Assembly: GCA_973895155.1 (NCBI GenBank)
Contig: OZ316896.1
Location: 4,593,925-4,657,924 of the forward strand
Direction: 5' to 3'
DNA length: 64,000 nt
DNA from: Marsupella aquatica
Taxonomy: Eukaryota > Plantae > Marchantiophyta
The translations under genes were made by a program, and so were the position numbers. The notes beneath the pieces were generated by a model. It was not told where the DNA came from, ran no database searches, and was given only the letters and a program-made list of their open reading frames with translations. This document shows positions 1 through 11,178 of this stretch, in pieces. The first letter of the stretch is position 1; each line of letters begins with the position of its first letter.

Positions 1-526
1 GAACAACGTTCAGAATCACTTGGGGTGCGACTTGTGCATAACACTTAAAAAAGCGGGAACCCTATCATGGTTATTTTTGTGCCCTCATCAGAATGAGCCA
101 AATCCAATCCTGTTAAAAAATCTCTCTGACGGTCTCTGGCTCCTAATTCTTCCATTGTCCTCTTCAAAAACCTATTTGATTTATTAGCATAGGGTATTGC
201 AAATTAGAAGAACAAATATAGCAGCTGAATTGTCATGGATCTATAGAGCATCTGAGGAAAGCCTGCTAAGGTTGCTTGATAGTCGTCTTTGCAATTGACT
301 TAGTAAGCCTCAATACTACCTAACAGTTGATGCCACCTATAGTTCATTTAAAGGACATATTAAGTGGAACAATCTGTGGAATCTGTTCTCCATTTGTGTA
401 TGAGAATGTAAATCCAGTATCTGGATTCCATTATTAGATCTGCTTTGTGTGAATATCTTTGCATATAATTTCGAATGCTGTGTCAAGGAAATGTCTTCCA
501 TGTATTAATTACAAGTCACCTTCCAG

Positions 527-3500
527 GTTCCGGGGGTTACAGATCAAGGTTTGAAAGCACGACCAATGCGAAGTGCTGGGGTGGTAGGAGGCGGCTTGAT
601 GGGGTCTGGCATCGTCACAGCAATGGTTCTCCAGAAAATCCCTGTAGTTCTCAAGGAAGTCAATTCAAAAGCTCTGGAGTATGGAATGAATATGATAAAA
701 GGTTGCTTTCTTGTGGGAAAGTATGCTCCAAGTGATTGATGTGAAGTGGTGTGTTTTTGCATTCAGAGTTGCACGTGTCTTATTGCTAACATGCCAAACT
801 TGCCAATTCTGGGTAATGTGCAAAAGTGGCCTCTCCATCTGATATCTTCTTTACTTGACTTTGACTTCAGCCAACGTTGAAAATCGGGCAGCAAGAGGTG
901 GTTTTTCTGCACAGAAACTGCAAAGCACTCTAGCCCTTGTCAAAGGCACTCTAGACTTCAGAGACTTCAAAGACGTCGATATTGTCATCGAAGTAAGTTG
1001 GGCACTGAAACCAGGCCGTTTAGAAGTATTGGTGGGCCTGCACAATTTCATTTGTATTTCTCTGAAGGCAAATTTCTCTGAAGGCAAATTTGATCTGTTC
1101 TTGATAGCTGTGACTTTGGTTGAAACTCCATTAGTGATAATTCCTTGGTAATTGAGTGCTGATTTCTCTGGAACGTTGAGACCATTTCGGTTGCGGTGAA
1201 TGAACCGCTGGAACCGAAACTAACAAAAAATCTGTGGCGCACTCATCATGGAAATTTTAGCGTATATTTCTTAACTGGACCTGGTAGATAGATATACTCC
1301 CGTAGTATACAACCTATGAATAACATAGTGAATACATTAATCCAAAGTTTTATTACGCACAGGGGTGTAGCTAGAGAACCTTCCAGTCTATCAGAGAAGA
1401 ACTGAGATAGTCAATCACAAAGGGTCATTGACAATTCAAGTTTCAACTGGCTAATTTGACCAGTACTGGCTCCATGAAAGTGGAGGAAGACATTTTGAGG
1501 GAACGCATGAAATAGTAACTTTGGGTATGTGGGAATCAATGTTCAGGCTGTATTCGAGAGTGCGGAACTAAAGCAGAGTATATTTCAAAACCTCGAGAAG
1601 CATTGCAAACCTGATTGCATCTTGGCAACAAACACGTCTATGATCCTTCTCAGTGATGTTGGGGCAACGACCCCCAACAGCAATCACCGGATGGCTGGCA
1701 CTCATTTTTTCAGGTATTGCTTGCTAGATTGTTCAATCTGATCACAGAATTGTCAAACTTAGGTGTTCTTCTTATTAAAGATTAGCACTCGGCCTCTTGA
1801 CTGAAAATTCACTATTTGTGTTTCTTATCATTAGACAACTCAGGAACTTTGGGTAACCAGTTGTTTTGTTGACCAATGTGTTTGTTTCTGGGTGGGCAGT
1901 CCTGCACATGTGATGCCGCTGCTGGAGCTTGTGAGATCTCAAAAAACATCCCCTCAAGTCTTGTTGGACCTTATCAATTTCGGAAAAGTTCTCGGGAAAA
2001 CACCCATCGTAGTAGAAAGCTCCGTTGGCTTCGCTGTCAATCGTGTTTTCTTCCCCTATTCAATTGCTGCAACCTTCGTTGCAACCGAGCTTGGTGTACA
2101 TCCATATCGAATCGATCAGATTCTTAAGAGTTTTGGAATGGCCATGGGTCCTTTCCGGTACTTTCCAAGCTTGGAAATCATCTTCTTTCAATTATATTGA
2201 TTTAGTTTTTGGTTTATCACCATAAAAAAACTGGTCAGGAAAAAATAAAAGTTGATGTAGATTGTCGAAAGGTAAATTAGGAACAAGAAGGAAAATATAG
2301 TCAGCCAAAACTTAATCACGAGTAAATTTTTGATAGTACATCCTTCCCTTGGCAAGCTAACTGATCCTTCGTACCCAGCTCATCCACACCAATTTGATGC
2401 ATTCCAAACCTTTTTTTGGATCTCATCCTTTCCTCGTTGCCTCCCAATAGCTCGAATGACATTTTTGAGTTTTTCTGTTTCTTGAAAATTAGCTGCCTTA
2501 AGTCGTGCCTAACTGCATTTGCCTCTACCTGCAAAATGCATCTTCTATGCACACAGAATGCGGTAACTCATATGTGGAATCTTTGGCTGCATCTGGAAAC
2601 AGCATGAGTGATATGGCTGGAGTTCAAATTGAAACAGCAACAAAGCAACTATGGTCCAGAACTTTCCCAGACCGTGTATACCGACCTGTGGGTGGTAGTC
2701 TTGACACGTTGCTCGTTGAGCAACACCGCTTGGGTTAGCGAAAAAGTTTCAATGTATTTGCTCTTGTTTTAGACAATACTACTCAATTGCATGAAATTCT
2801 ATTGGTGGTCTTATGTTCGTAGCAAATGCCATTGGATAGCTGGCCTACAACGACATGGAAGTCCAAAAAAAACCCTTACGACAATGTGAGCTTGCACCCT
2901 TGTTTCTCCTGTTAGCTTCTATCTAGAATGTCATAATGTGTCGCTCATTACCATAGCAAATGAGTGCCGATCATTCCTTACATCTCCTATTTTTCTATAG
3001 AAATAGACAAACGTCTCTAATGACCAGAAAGCTTCGTCTGATCGGTTACTCTTGACCCTTGCACGTCTTTATTATGTTATTGATTACAGGGCATGACAAT
3101 TTCCCAGTAGACGTGAAATTCTTTCATTCTCTCTTTTCCTTATTTGTTTGCTATCAGTTCATTGCACTGTGACGATTAATCTGCCAATCGGACTTTAGGA
3201 AGATTCTTAGGTGTGGTAGTGGTTTTTTGTGTAGGTGAGAAGACATGGAAAGGTTATTACAACTACCCACAAGGCTCACGAAAAGAGCAGCCAGCTCCGG
3301 AGCTTGAGGAAATTTTAGCAGAGTGTCGGAAAGCTAAAAGTTTTAGTCCTGATCTACAGGTCTGGCCAGTACCCAGCCGCAACAATGAAAGATTCTATTC
3401 TGTGCAGTCCTTTATCTTGACTCGGGTATCCTTGCACGCTTTTGACTTATCTTTCTTAGTGAAAGGTTTTTTGGCGAAAACACATATTGGAGACATACGT

Positions 3501-4698
3501 TTCTGATTAGAAGTGACCCAATAATAGTGAAAGCGTGATCCCCTACAATTTGTAAGAACTATTGAACGCTATGAAGTTGCAGTTTTTGCAGTTGGTTTCC
3601 TCTTCGTTCAATACGTCAGTACTCGAAGCTCTGAAAGTCTGTAGAGTTGCTCTAGAACAGGTGTAAGGGGGGCATTCAATAGACTGCGATAAGCAAGGTT
3701 TGATTTGTACTTGATGGGCTTTTCCTCAATCGTTGAATATCAGCTGAAAGTTCGTGAATTATCTGCAATCATCAGGGTCAGCCGCTGTCAGACCAGGAAG
3801 TCTTGGAGCTGATGCTTTTTCCCGTGGTAAATGAGGCAACACGTGTACTGGAGGAAAGAATTGTGCTGCGTACATCGGATCTGGATCTTTCGTCGATCAT
3901 GGGCATGGGGTTTCCAAGATACAGGTTGTTTGAAGATTTATGAACGAAGGCAATCATTGGGTTTGAGTTAAATTGTTGGTGTGATTTCTAGGCTCAAATT
4001 TTTCTGACAACTTATGTTTTCTTTCAGGGGTGGAATTATCTTCTGGGGAGATTTGGTTGGGGCTAAGCATATTCATTCCCAATTGACCAAGTGGGCCAAC
4101 TTATATCAATCCAGTACTTGGGGTGACTTTTTCAAGCCCTCTGCAAGCCTGGAGAGAGTAGTAAAAGAAGGCATCACTATGGTATTTACACTTCCAAAAT
4201 GCAGAGTCCCACATCAACTTGGTTTCCTTAAACTGGACCAGAGCGAGTTTCTGCTATTTATCGATATAGCTAACTAGCGTCTATTTTGACTTTCTTCGTT
4301 AATGAAGAGCATTGTATAAGGACATTGATGAAAGGCATTGCGTATAGCGATCATCTGTTTTTTTTTTTTTTTTGGGGGGGGGGGGGAGGTGGGGGGCGGG
4401 GGGAAGGGGGCACAAAAAGCGATCATGTGTTGTATGTAACTTGAGAGGAATTTTCACTACCAAAAGATTATGCTTACTGAGGTTTTGCTGTGAGGTGGAG
4501 AAGGACACGGTCAGCTATGGTTACTGTGCGATGGGTAGAAAAGAAGTCCGGCCAGTTAAGTGTGAGCATAATTTAGAGGAAGAAGGGAATCTTTTATTGC
4601 GAGCAGCACTTCCAGGTTTGACTTTTAACAGTTTGGCAAATGTGCTGTGCTACGTGATGCAGAAGCAAATTTTGGAGTACCAACAATCGCGGTTGTAA
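527..4698 (+). CDS. MFP: Peroxisomal fatty-acid beta-oxidation multifunctional protein (AIM1/MFP2 family), 3' part (3-hydroxyacyl-CoA dehydrogenase domains); 5' exons probably lie upstream of the window
   Basis: Nine GT-AG exons: 527-701, 871-992, 1547-1713, 1900-2157, 2603-2733, 3235-3359, 3776-3924, 4028-4181, 4663-4698. Motifs: NAD-binding GGGLMGSGI, DIVIE-AVFE, ILATNTS, GTHFFSPAHVMPLLE, GFAVNR, MGPFR, FPVVNEA, GMGFPRYRGG. Ends KQILEYQQSRL*, a PTS1 signal. Confidence 0.93.
4348..4410 (+). repeat. Poly-T followed by a G-rich tract (potential G-quadruplex) in the last MFP intron
   Basis: T run of ~15 followed by several G runs of 5 or more (ggggggggggggaggtggggggcgggggaaggggg-like). Confidence 0.6.
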
Positions 4699-6541
4699 CT
4701 ATATGGATGTTTAGTGCCATGCGCTGCCAAAGAAGTTCTGGAATCTCGTCGAGAAACCACTGTGATTGAAAAGCTTACAAAGTGGAGTGGCGATATACAG
4801 AGTACAGCTTTTGGTGAAGGCCTCTAAGGGGCAAACTGTCTGCTAAGGTAGAGTACTCCTTTTTAGTGAGGGCGCTAAAAGGCCAAGTGTTGTGAACGTG
4901 GTGGTGCGTTTCAAGTCCATCTAAATTTCTGGCAAGACTTGGGGTTCTCAGGTAGAGGTCTCTTAGAGAGGACCTCAAGCCGTCGGCGTTTCAGTGCAAT
5001 GACTGAATCAGCAATTGTTTAGATTGAGTTAGATTCGAGTCAACTCAACTTAAAAACAATTGCATGAAAAATATTCCGCAGAAAAAATATTACAAAGTTG
5101 TGCCCTTAATTAAGAGTGATTTATTTCTCCTTTGGTTAGTGACGGGTGCTGCGAATGCAAGAATACCCATGGAGATGGGAGTATTCTTGCACAAGGACGT
5201 TGTAAGTTTGTGCAATCATTTTTGGATCCAGGTTTGAAAGGAAGGGTCTTGAATGTTGAGTAGGACTTGCATGAACTGAGATCGCATCATGCATACTTGT
5301 TATTCCCTTTTGATTTAGTATTCCGAAGGCGAACTGACCAAATTTCCAATGAAGTGATCAGTCCGAGACCTGGCGAGGTATCTTTGTTAAAACGCAATTG
5401 GGACGGAAGATGAACAAATTGAGATCAACAACGTCCATCCTGCGCTGGATGTAATTAAATGATGGTCTGCTGTTACCAGGGCGGATCGTTGGAATTCTAA
5501 ATTTTCGTGAACTGACGAAAAACGCACTCGCCATACGTACGCACCATGACCTCCGCCCGCGTCAGAGTTGACTGTGTCCTGCAGTCAACCTTTTTGCTGA
5601 GACTGGGTGAGCTTTGCAATCACAATTTGAGACTAAAAAGATCCACAAAAGCAAAAATTTGAAACTGGAATTTGGACTTCAGAGTGTACTCAGATGCAAG
5701 TCGAGTGCCCGAACACTGAAAATCTTCAGAAATGATCGATGCAAAGTGCAGAGAAAAAACTAGAAAATTAGTTCATCATCTCATCCAGTTGAGGAAACTA
5801 TAACGAATTCTAAAATGGGTGAGGGTGGCTTTACAAGCCTTGGGGGCAGCTTGAGTGTTTTCTTACCAAAGGTAATCTATCAGCCATGTAACATACTAAA
5901 AATAGTGCACGTAGGCTGAAAGAGAGTTTGGGGGACAGGTTGATAATTAAGCTCAGTTTCGGGGATAGGTTAGTAAACAGCTGCTCAATGTATTGTAAAG
6001 CTAACTTTAGCAAAAGGTGTTAGGATAATATGCCAGGACACAAGTTGGGGCCCCACTACAAGTAAAGGTCACATAGTGTTTGGCTAGGGCCCTTCTTGTT
6101 GTGACAAGAGAAGATCCCATGAGGGAAATGTGGGTCCACTTTTAAAGTGAAAGACTCAAAGTAGGAATGGACCAAGAGGCCAGATGAAGAGACGTCCAAA
6201 AGAGGTGGTCTAAAATATGGGACAAAGACTGTGCTCCGTACAGGCAAAACTTGGGCCCCACTCCATTTGATATAGGATCAACAACACTTTAGAAGGAAAC
6301 TGCCCACAACATTTTGTAAAGTAAATAGCAGTTGTATCTCTCCTATGAATGACCCTGACCAAATCTTGGAGACCAGAGTTTTCTTTGAAAATGCCCACAA
6401 AGTATTGTGAAGGCACCCTGACATTCTTCTCCTTGCCACACACGTTGATTAGAGTACATATCAAACTAAACTACACTAGAAGAACCCAAATGCGAGTGGT
6501 TGTGTTCATTTGGATGTGTTAGGCATTAGGTTTAGAGTTAT

Positions 6542-6940
6542 GACTGTATCCATAGTTGGGGCTAACTTTAGTCACTAACTTGGTTAGGTTAGTCATGCTA
6601 CACACTATATACTCAAGTAGTTTTTGCTTGGACTGTAGCCATAGTTAGGGCTAACCGTAGCCACAGACTTGGCTAGTTTAGTCATGCTGCACATTATATC
6701 CTTAAGTAATGTTCGCTTGGATAGTTGGAACTTGGGCTCATTGTTACAGAACCAGTTAAGAAATGACTAACTTGTATTGCAAACTTGGTATGTCCGACAT
6801 ACCTAGAATGCAGTAACTTTGCTTTTCCTCCACTATACTTTGTTTGACACTTTTTAGTGTTGCCATTTTGGACCCTAGAATGTAGTAACTTTTGCTTTTC
6901 CTCCACTATACTTTGTTTGACACTTTTTAGTGTTGCCATT
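6542..6940. repeat. Two local tandem duplications (~89 bp x2 and ~72 bp x2)
   Basis: gactgta(t/g)ccatagtt(g/a)gggctaac...gtcatgct at ~6542 and ~6631; cctagaatg(c/t)agtaacttt...ctccactatactttgtttgacactttttagtgttgccatt at ~6802 and ~6874. Confidence 0.75.
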
Positions 6941-7037
6941 ATGGGCTTCTTCTGACTTTCCTTCATTGTACTTCGTTTTGTTCCTTTTCATAAGGTTCTT
7001 TTCGTAACCTGGTACTTTTCTCACTTTATGTATAGGA

Positions 7038-7182
7038 TAATCAGGCTTTAGTCGCCTGTTACCAGGGAGTAACGGGGCGACCAAGTTACGACCGACCCGC
7101 GACCGGCGGAAGCCGGGAGCGTGTCGGGAGTAACTTGTGAGCCCCGGTTAATCCCGGTAACAGGGGTGCTAAATCCTGATTA
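7038..7182. mobile_element. 145-bp mini-unit bounded by inverted repeats related to the ends of the adjacent tyrosine-recombinase element
   Basis: Left arm 7038-7063 taatcaggctttagtcgcctgttacc; reverse complement of right arm 7156-7182 is taatcaggatttagcacccctgttacc. The core is GC-rich with several GTAAC/GTTAC motifs. Confidence 0.6.
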
Positions 7183-7292
7183 ATTAACGTGCGTAATCAG
7201 GTTTTAGTCTGCAGTTTACCAGCAATCACCAGTGCAGCCAATGGGAGCGGCGCATCAAACATAAATACAATGCAAAGCTGATGAAGGTGCTC

Positions 7293-7577
7293 ATTCGACG
7301 GATTGCACTTGCGGGGGAGGGCGCTAGAGCTACTGAGCTTTGCTCTGATCGCGTGTTGTTGATGGCGTTGATCCTCTGTGATCTTTAATTTTTTGTTGCT
7401 ATGGGATGTTGCCATTCAAATCAATTGGATTTCTGACGAAGACGCTTATTCGACGGATTCAACTTTTGCTTTCTTGGGAGGGCGCGGGAGCTACTGATTT
7501 ATGCTCTGATTTTTGTTGATGGCGTTAATGTTGAGCTGTGATTCTTTGCTGTGGGATGCTGTCATTCAAACCAATTC
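7293..7577. repeat. Diverged ~155-bp direct repeat (2 copies) in the 5' region of the YR element
   Basis: attcgacggatt...gggagggcgc..gagctactga..tgctctgat..gttgatggcgtt...gggatg.tg.cattcaaa.caatt at ~7293 and ~7448. Confidence 0.7.
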
Positions 7578-7862
7578 AATGGCGCGGTTGTGTTTTCTTT
7601 ATTTTGAAATTTCTTATCCAGGGATTAGTTTGCACGCAAGTGGACAGGCGCTGCTCATTGATCCTCTGTGTGTGACAGGATTTCAAACGGACGAGCGGGG
7701 AAATCAGCAAGGACAACTTACGTTGCGTTCAAGATGGACAGGTCCTTTATACATGCGGAATGTTCCTTGCATTTCGGTTTAGAGGTCTTTGCTATGACGG
7801 ACCTTGATAGTTTATATCCGCTGACCTCATTTTCAATAATCACTGCATCTTTGCAAGTCGAG

Positions 7863-10122
7863 ATGACAGAATGCCAGGGGGCTGTAATTGGAGTGAGTCC
7901 CGAAGATGGAGAGGAAGACGAGAATGACTTTTTATTTTTTGATGAAATTGAGGACCTTCAGCTGCCTAGTCTAGAAAGTATTGTTGATGATTCGTCTGTG
8001 TGCAATACTCTTAGTAATTTTCCTCATGCTGAGAGCGAGGACGATGCTCCTGTTGCTTGTGAAGTTCCTGGTAGTCATCCTGTTCATGTGGCCATAGATA
8101 ATGTCGGACCTTAGGGGGAAGTGTCATCTTTGGAAGTTACCATACCAGGCTTAAGGGCAGTTCCAGATAAGACGCTTCATGATGCTGGTAAAGGTGAGGA
8201 GAGGCAAGCTTCAGAACGTAACGATCAGTGGGCTCTGAAACGAGCAAAATCTCTTCGGGCAGCTAAGGGGTGGGATATGTCTGTATCCCTCGGCGACCTA
8301 TCATTGCAACTCCTGGATGAGCTATTCAGCGATTTGTTTAGTAGGGCAGTGAAAGTGAATGGCCAAGATTACCCCAGTGCTACCTTGATGAACATGTGCA
8401 ATGGATTCAACCGGTTAATCAAACGGTCAAGTGAACTTAGATCTCTTAGAGGGGAAGGGAATCTAATCGACACAACAACATTTAACATTAAAACACGTAT
8501 GGTCTTGCGGGCTGCTATCAAGAAAGCTTCTCGAGAAGGCAAAAATAAGAAACGGAAGAAGGTGTGTACAATGTTATTTCTGTGGCTTTTGTGTTTCTTT
8601 GTGTTTGAATTTATTAGTGTTCAAGGTTGACGTTATTCATTGTTTGTTTATGTAATGCAGGTGGAGACCATTACGGAGGAGATGGAGCAAGCAATACTAG
8701 CCGACATTGATCACCAGATTAGTAGTGCACATGGCTGCCAGAAACGTCTGGCATTTTACTTCTTGTGTCGTCTAGGGATCCGGGGTGGTAAAGAGCTCTG
8801 GCTCTTGCAGAGGAATGACATACGCGTGGAGAGTACGAAAGAATACGTGCGATAATGGCCCCTGTAAATTTCTGTATTTGTTCCACCCATGTTTCCGTCA
8901 TATGGCTGAAATAATGTCCTCAACCCTTGTCGCAGCTGTAGACGGGGGACCTGCGTAATCTTTCAACAATAGTCAGTAATTGCTAATCTTTTGAGAGTTT
9001 TTTTGATTTACAGATTCGAAGAAAGAGAATCAAAGAATAATAGTATGACATTGGACCGATATTCAGAACACCAATTTCGTAACGCTTTCCACAGCTTCGA
9101 GGCTGATTTCATTCTTTGTGTGAAACAATATCTACGTCATATGGCTCCGGCCCAGGAATGCAAGAAGCAAGATCTTTTCATGCAACCTATTACTAACCCT
9201 GCAGGGAACGTCTGGTATAATAAATGCCACAAAGTAGCACAAGATCGCACAGGGCATATGCTCAATAACATGTTACAGCTGGTAGGGCTTCCTAAAGATT
9301 TGTTTACTAATAAGAGTGGTCGGGCGACTCTGATTACGCGTATGGCAGCAAAAGGTGTTCCTGACGAAGTTGGCATGCTTGTGACCGGGCACCACACGAC
9401 TAGTGGATACTTGAGATATGATAGGACCCAAGATCTTAAGCAGGACGCTGCAACCTTAGTGGGATGTAACTCTAACTTGAGTTACGAGAAAGCTCTGACG
9501 GAGGTTTCTAAGCAGTTCTACAGTGAGAAGGTGGCAGGGAGTGGTGTAGCATTGAACCCTCTCATTGATAGAGTCAGTGTACAGCGTAACCTTCAAGTAG
9601 CGATCAGTCCAGAATTGACTAAGGTATGTACTTGTGCATAATGTTTCAGTCATTTCTGTTTGTTGATTTGTGATTTGTTTGTTGATTTGTTTTATGTGCA
9701 CACTCTGATTACAGGATACGGGCCAATCTTCAAAAGCAGATGAGGATGTGGAGATCAAGATCGAAGTTCAAGTTAGTACTATGTACATGTCTTCTCTGGT
9801 TTTTCATTGCCGCTTTTTACTTGCAATCTTGTTTTCAGATGATATAAATTTAACATATGTAAGTTGTTTTTTCTTGCAGAAATCTAAGAGCGTATCAAAT
9901 GATGGGACTATCTTGACAGACGAGCAGAATAAACGTGTTATTGAGTGGAATAGGACGTTTGATGAAGTCGACTATGTTGGGGAATTGAGCAAGAATCCGA
10001 CTCTAGCTGGTTATTTTGCAGCCCAGTCTAAGGCAAAGAGTGTATCGGTGGGGAACAGTTTATGTGGAAACTATAACAATTGCACGATCAATTTCATAGT
10101 GAAAAAGGATGACGATGCTTAG
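7863..10122 (+). pseudogene. Intron-containing tyrosine recombinase of DUF3504/Crypton type, disrupted
   Basis: Exons 7863-8561, 8661-8851, 9014-9623, 9715-9771, 9880-10122. Motifs: KVNGQDYPSATL, LGIRGGKE (catalytic R at 8781), EYVR|FEERESKNN, VWY, FTNKSGRAT (R at 9321), VTGHH (H at 9390), YLRY (Y at 9417), C-terminal GNYNNCTINF. In-frame TAG at 8112-8114 and an apparent GT>AT donor mutation at 8852. Confidence 0.82.
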
Positions 10123-10482
10123 AAGTAGAATAGTAGCAGATTACGTAGTCAATTTTTTAGGATAGTAGAGATTAGACTAAAGTCATGTGCATTTCACTAG
10201 CTGAATCGAACCTTCAGCTGAACAATATGTCGGATGTACTGTTTTTTCGGGTGTAACATTTTCATGGGTTCACATGCCCCGTTCATTTCAAGAAATTGGC
10301 ATTTTACATAATGAAGCTTCTCTCTTCTGTGAATTTTGAATGGAGTCATGGATGTCGGGCATGGATCTCTCTCATGCAGTCGCTAGTATGCTATTGTCAG
10401 CCAGTTGTGTTGAACTATGTAAATAAGAAAATTAAAAACAGAGAATTGCATCAATTGGCTGCTGGAGATGAATGTTGTCGGT

Positions 10483-10699
10483 AGATCACGTAGTTTACCG
10501 TTGCTGGATTATATGTTACTGTAGCTAGATTACAAGTTACCGTCAAGTGATTACAATCTACCGTCCCTAAATTATGGCTTACCGTTGATCTCATCCCCAG
10601 ATTACAGCTTACCGTTGATCCCATCCCCAAATTACAGCTTACCGTTGGTTTCACAAACAGATTACAATGTGACCGTCAATTTGGGGCAAAGATTACAGG
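10483..10699. repeat. Subterminal array of ~9 GATTACAnnTTACCGT-like motifs
   Basis: Units start at 10484, 10507, 10528, 10549, 10570, 10600, 10630, 10660 and 10691 (spacings 23, 21, 21, 21, 30, 30, 30, 31); the last unit is partial. Confidence 0.8.
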
Positions 10700-11071
10700 A
10701 AATAACATATACCACGGAAAAGTAGATACACAGGTAAACTAAAGACTAAACCCTGTTTACGTTGTTTTAATTTACTGTAGGCTTTTCCTCTCCATCGTCG
10801 ACCATAATTAACTTCCAGCGGTATGGGAAACCACAGTCCGTGTAGAAGAATCTACGGCTACAGTATCCCCCGAGAATAAAGAGTTCTGTACCAAGATTGA
10901 AGCCGTCAGATCGTGAGCACAGTCTGGTCGAGTCGTGGAGAGTACAAGCCGTTTGTCGACCCTCAAAACCGTCAAAGATGTTCGCTCCAGTCCTCTTCTT
11001 CCGTCGTTTGAGAGAACAGGATTTCACCATCTCGTTCCTTTTCATCTTCTCTTTCTCGATTTCGTCATCAC

Positions 11072-11178
11072 ACTTTGCATCTCCTTCGTGTCTTCTTGTC
11101 CACTTTATTGAAATTGGAAATCCCACTTTGCATCTCCCTCTTGTCGTCTTGTCCACTTTATTGAAGTTGGAGCTCACT
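11072..11178. repeat. ~54-bp tandem duplication
   Basis: actttgcatctcc...tcttgtccactttattgaa(a/g)ttgga occurs twice. Confidence 0.65.

Larger units (their letters stand above)
7192..10761 (+). mobile_element. Crypton-like tyrosine-recombinase DNA transposon with ~29-bp terminal/subterminal inverted repeats
   Basis: Left cgtaatcaggttttagtctgcagtttacc (7192-7220) versus reverse complement of 10733-10761, cgtaaacagggtttagtctttagtttacc: 25/29 identical. TTAA at 7184-7187 and 10767-10770. Encloses one spliced YR gene and no RT/gag. Confidence 0.8.

Noticed and set aside
5470-5481. ctgttaccaggg match to 7056-7067
   Set aside because: Only 12 bp and lacks the TAATCAGG core; compatible with chance.
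7863-10122. Bacterial or phage integrase from contamination or a prophage
   Set aside because: The gene has spliceosomal introns and Crypton/DUF3504-type motifs, and lies between plant genes.
10483-10699. CRISPR-like array
   Set aside because: Units are short and degenerate with 5-15-nt related spacers; there are no cas genes and the context is eukaryotic.
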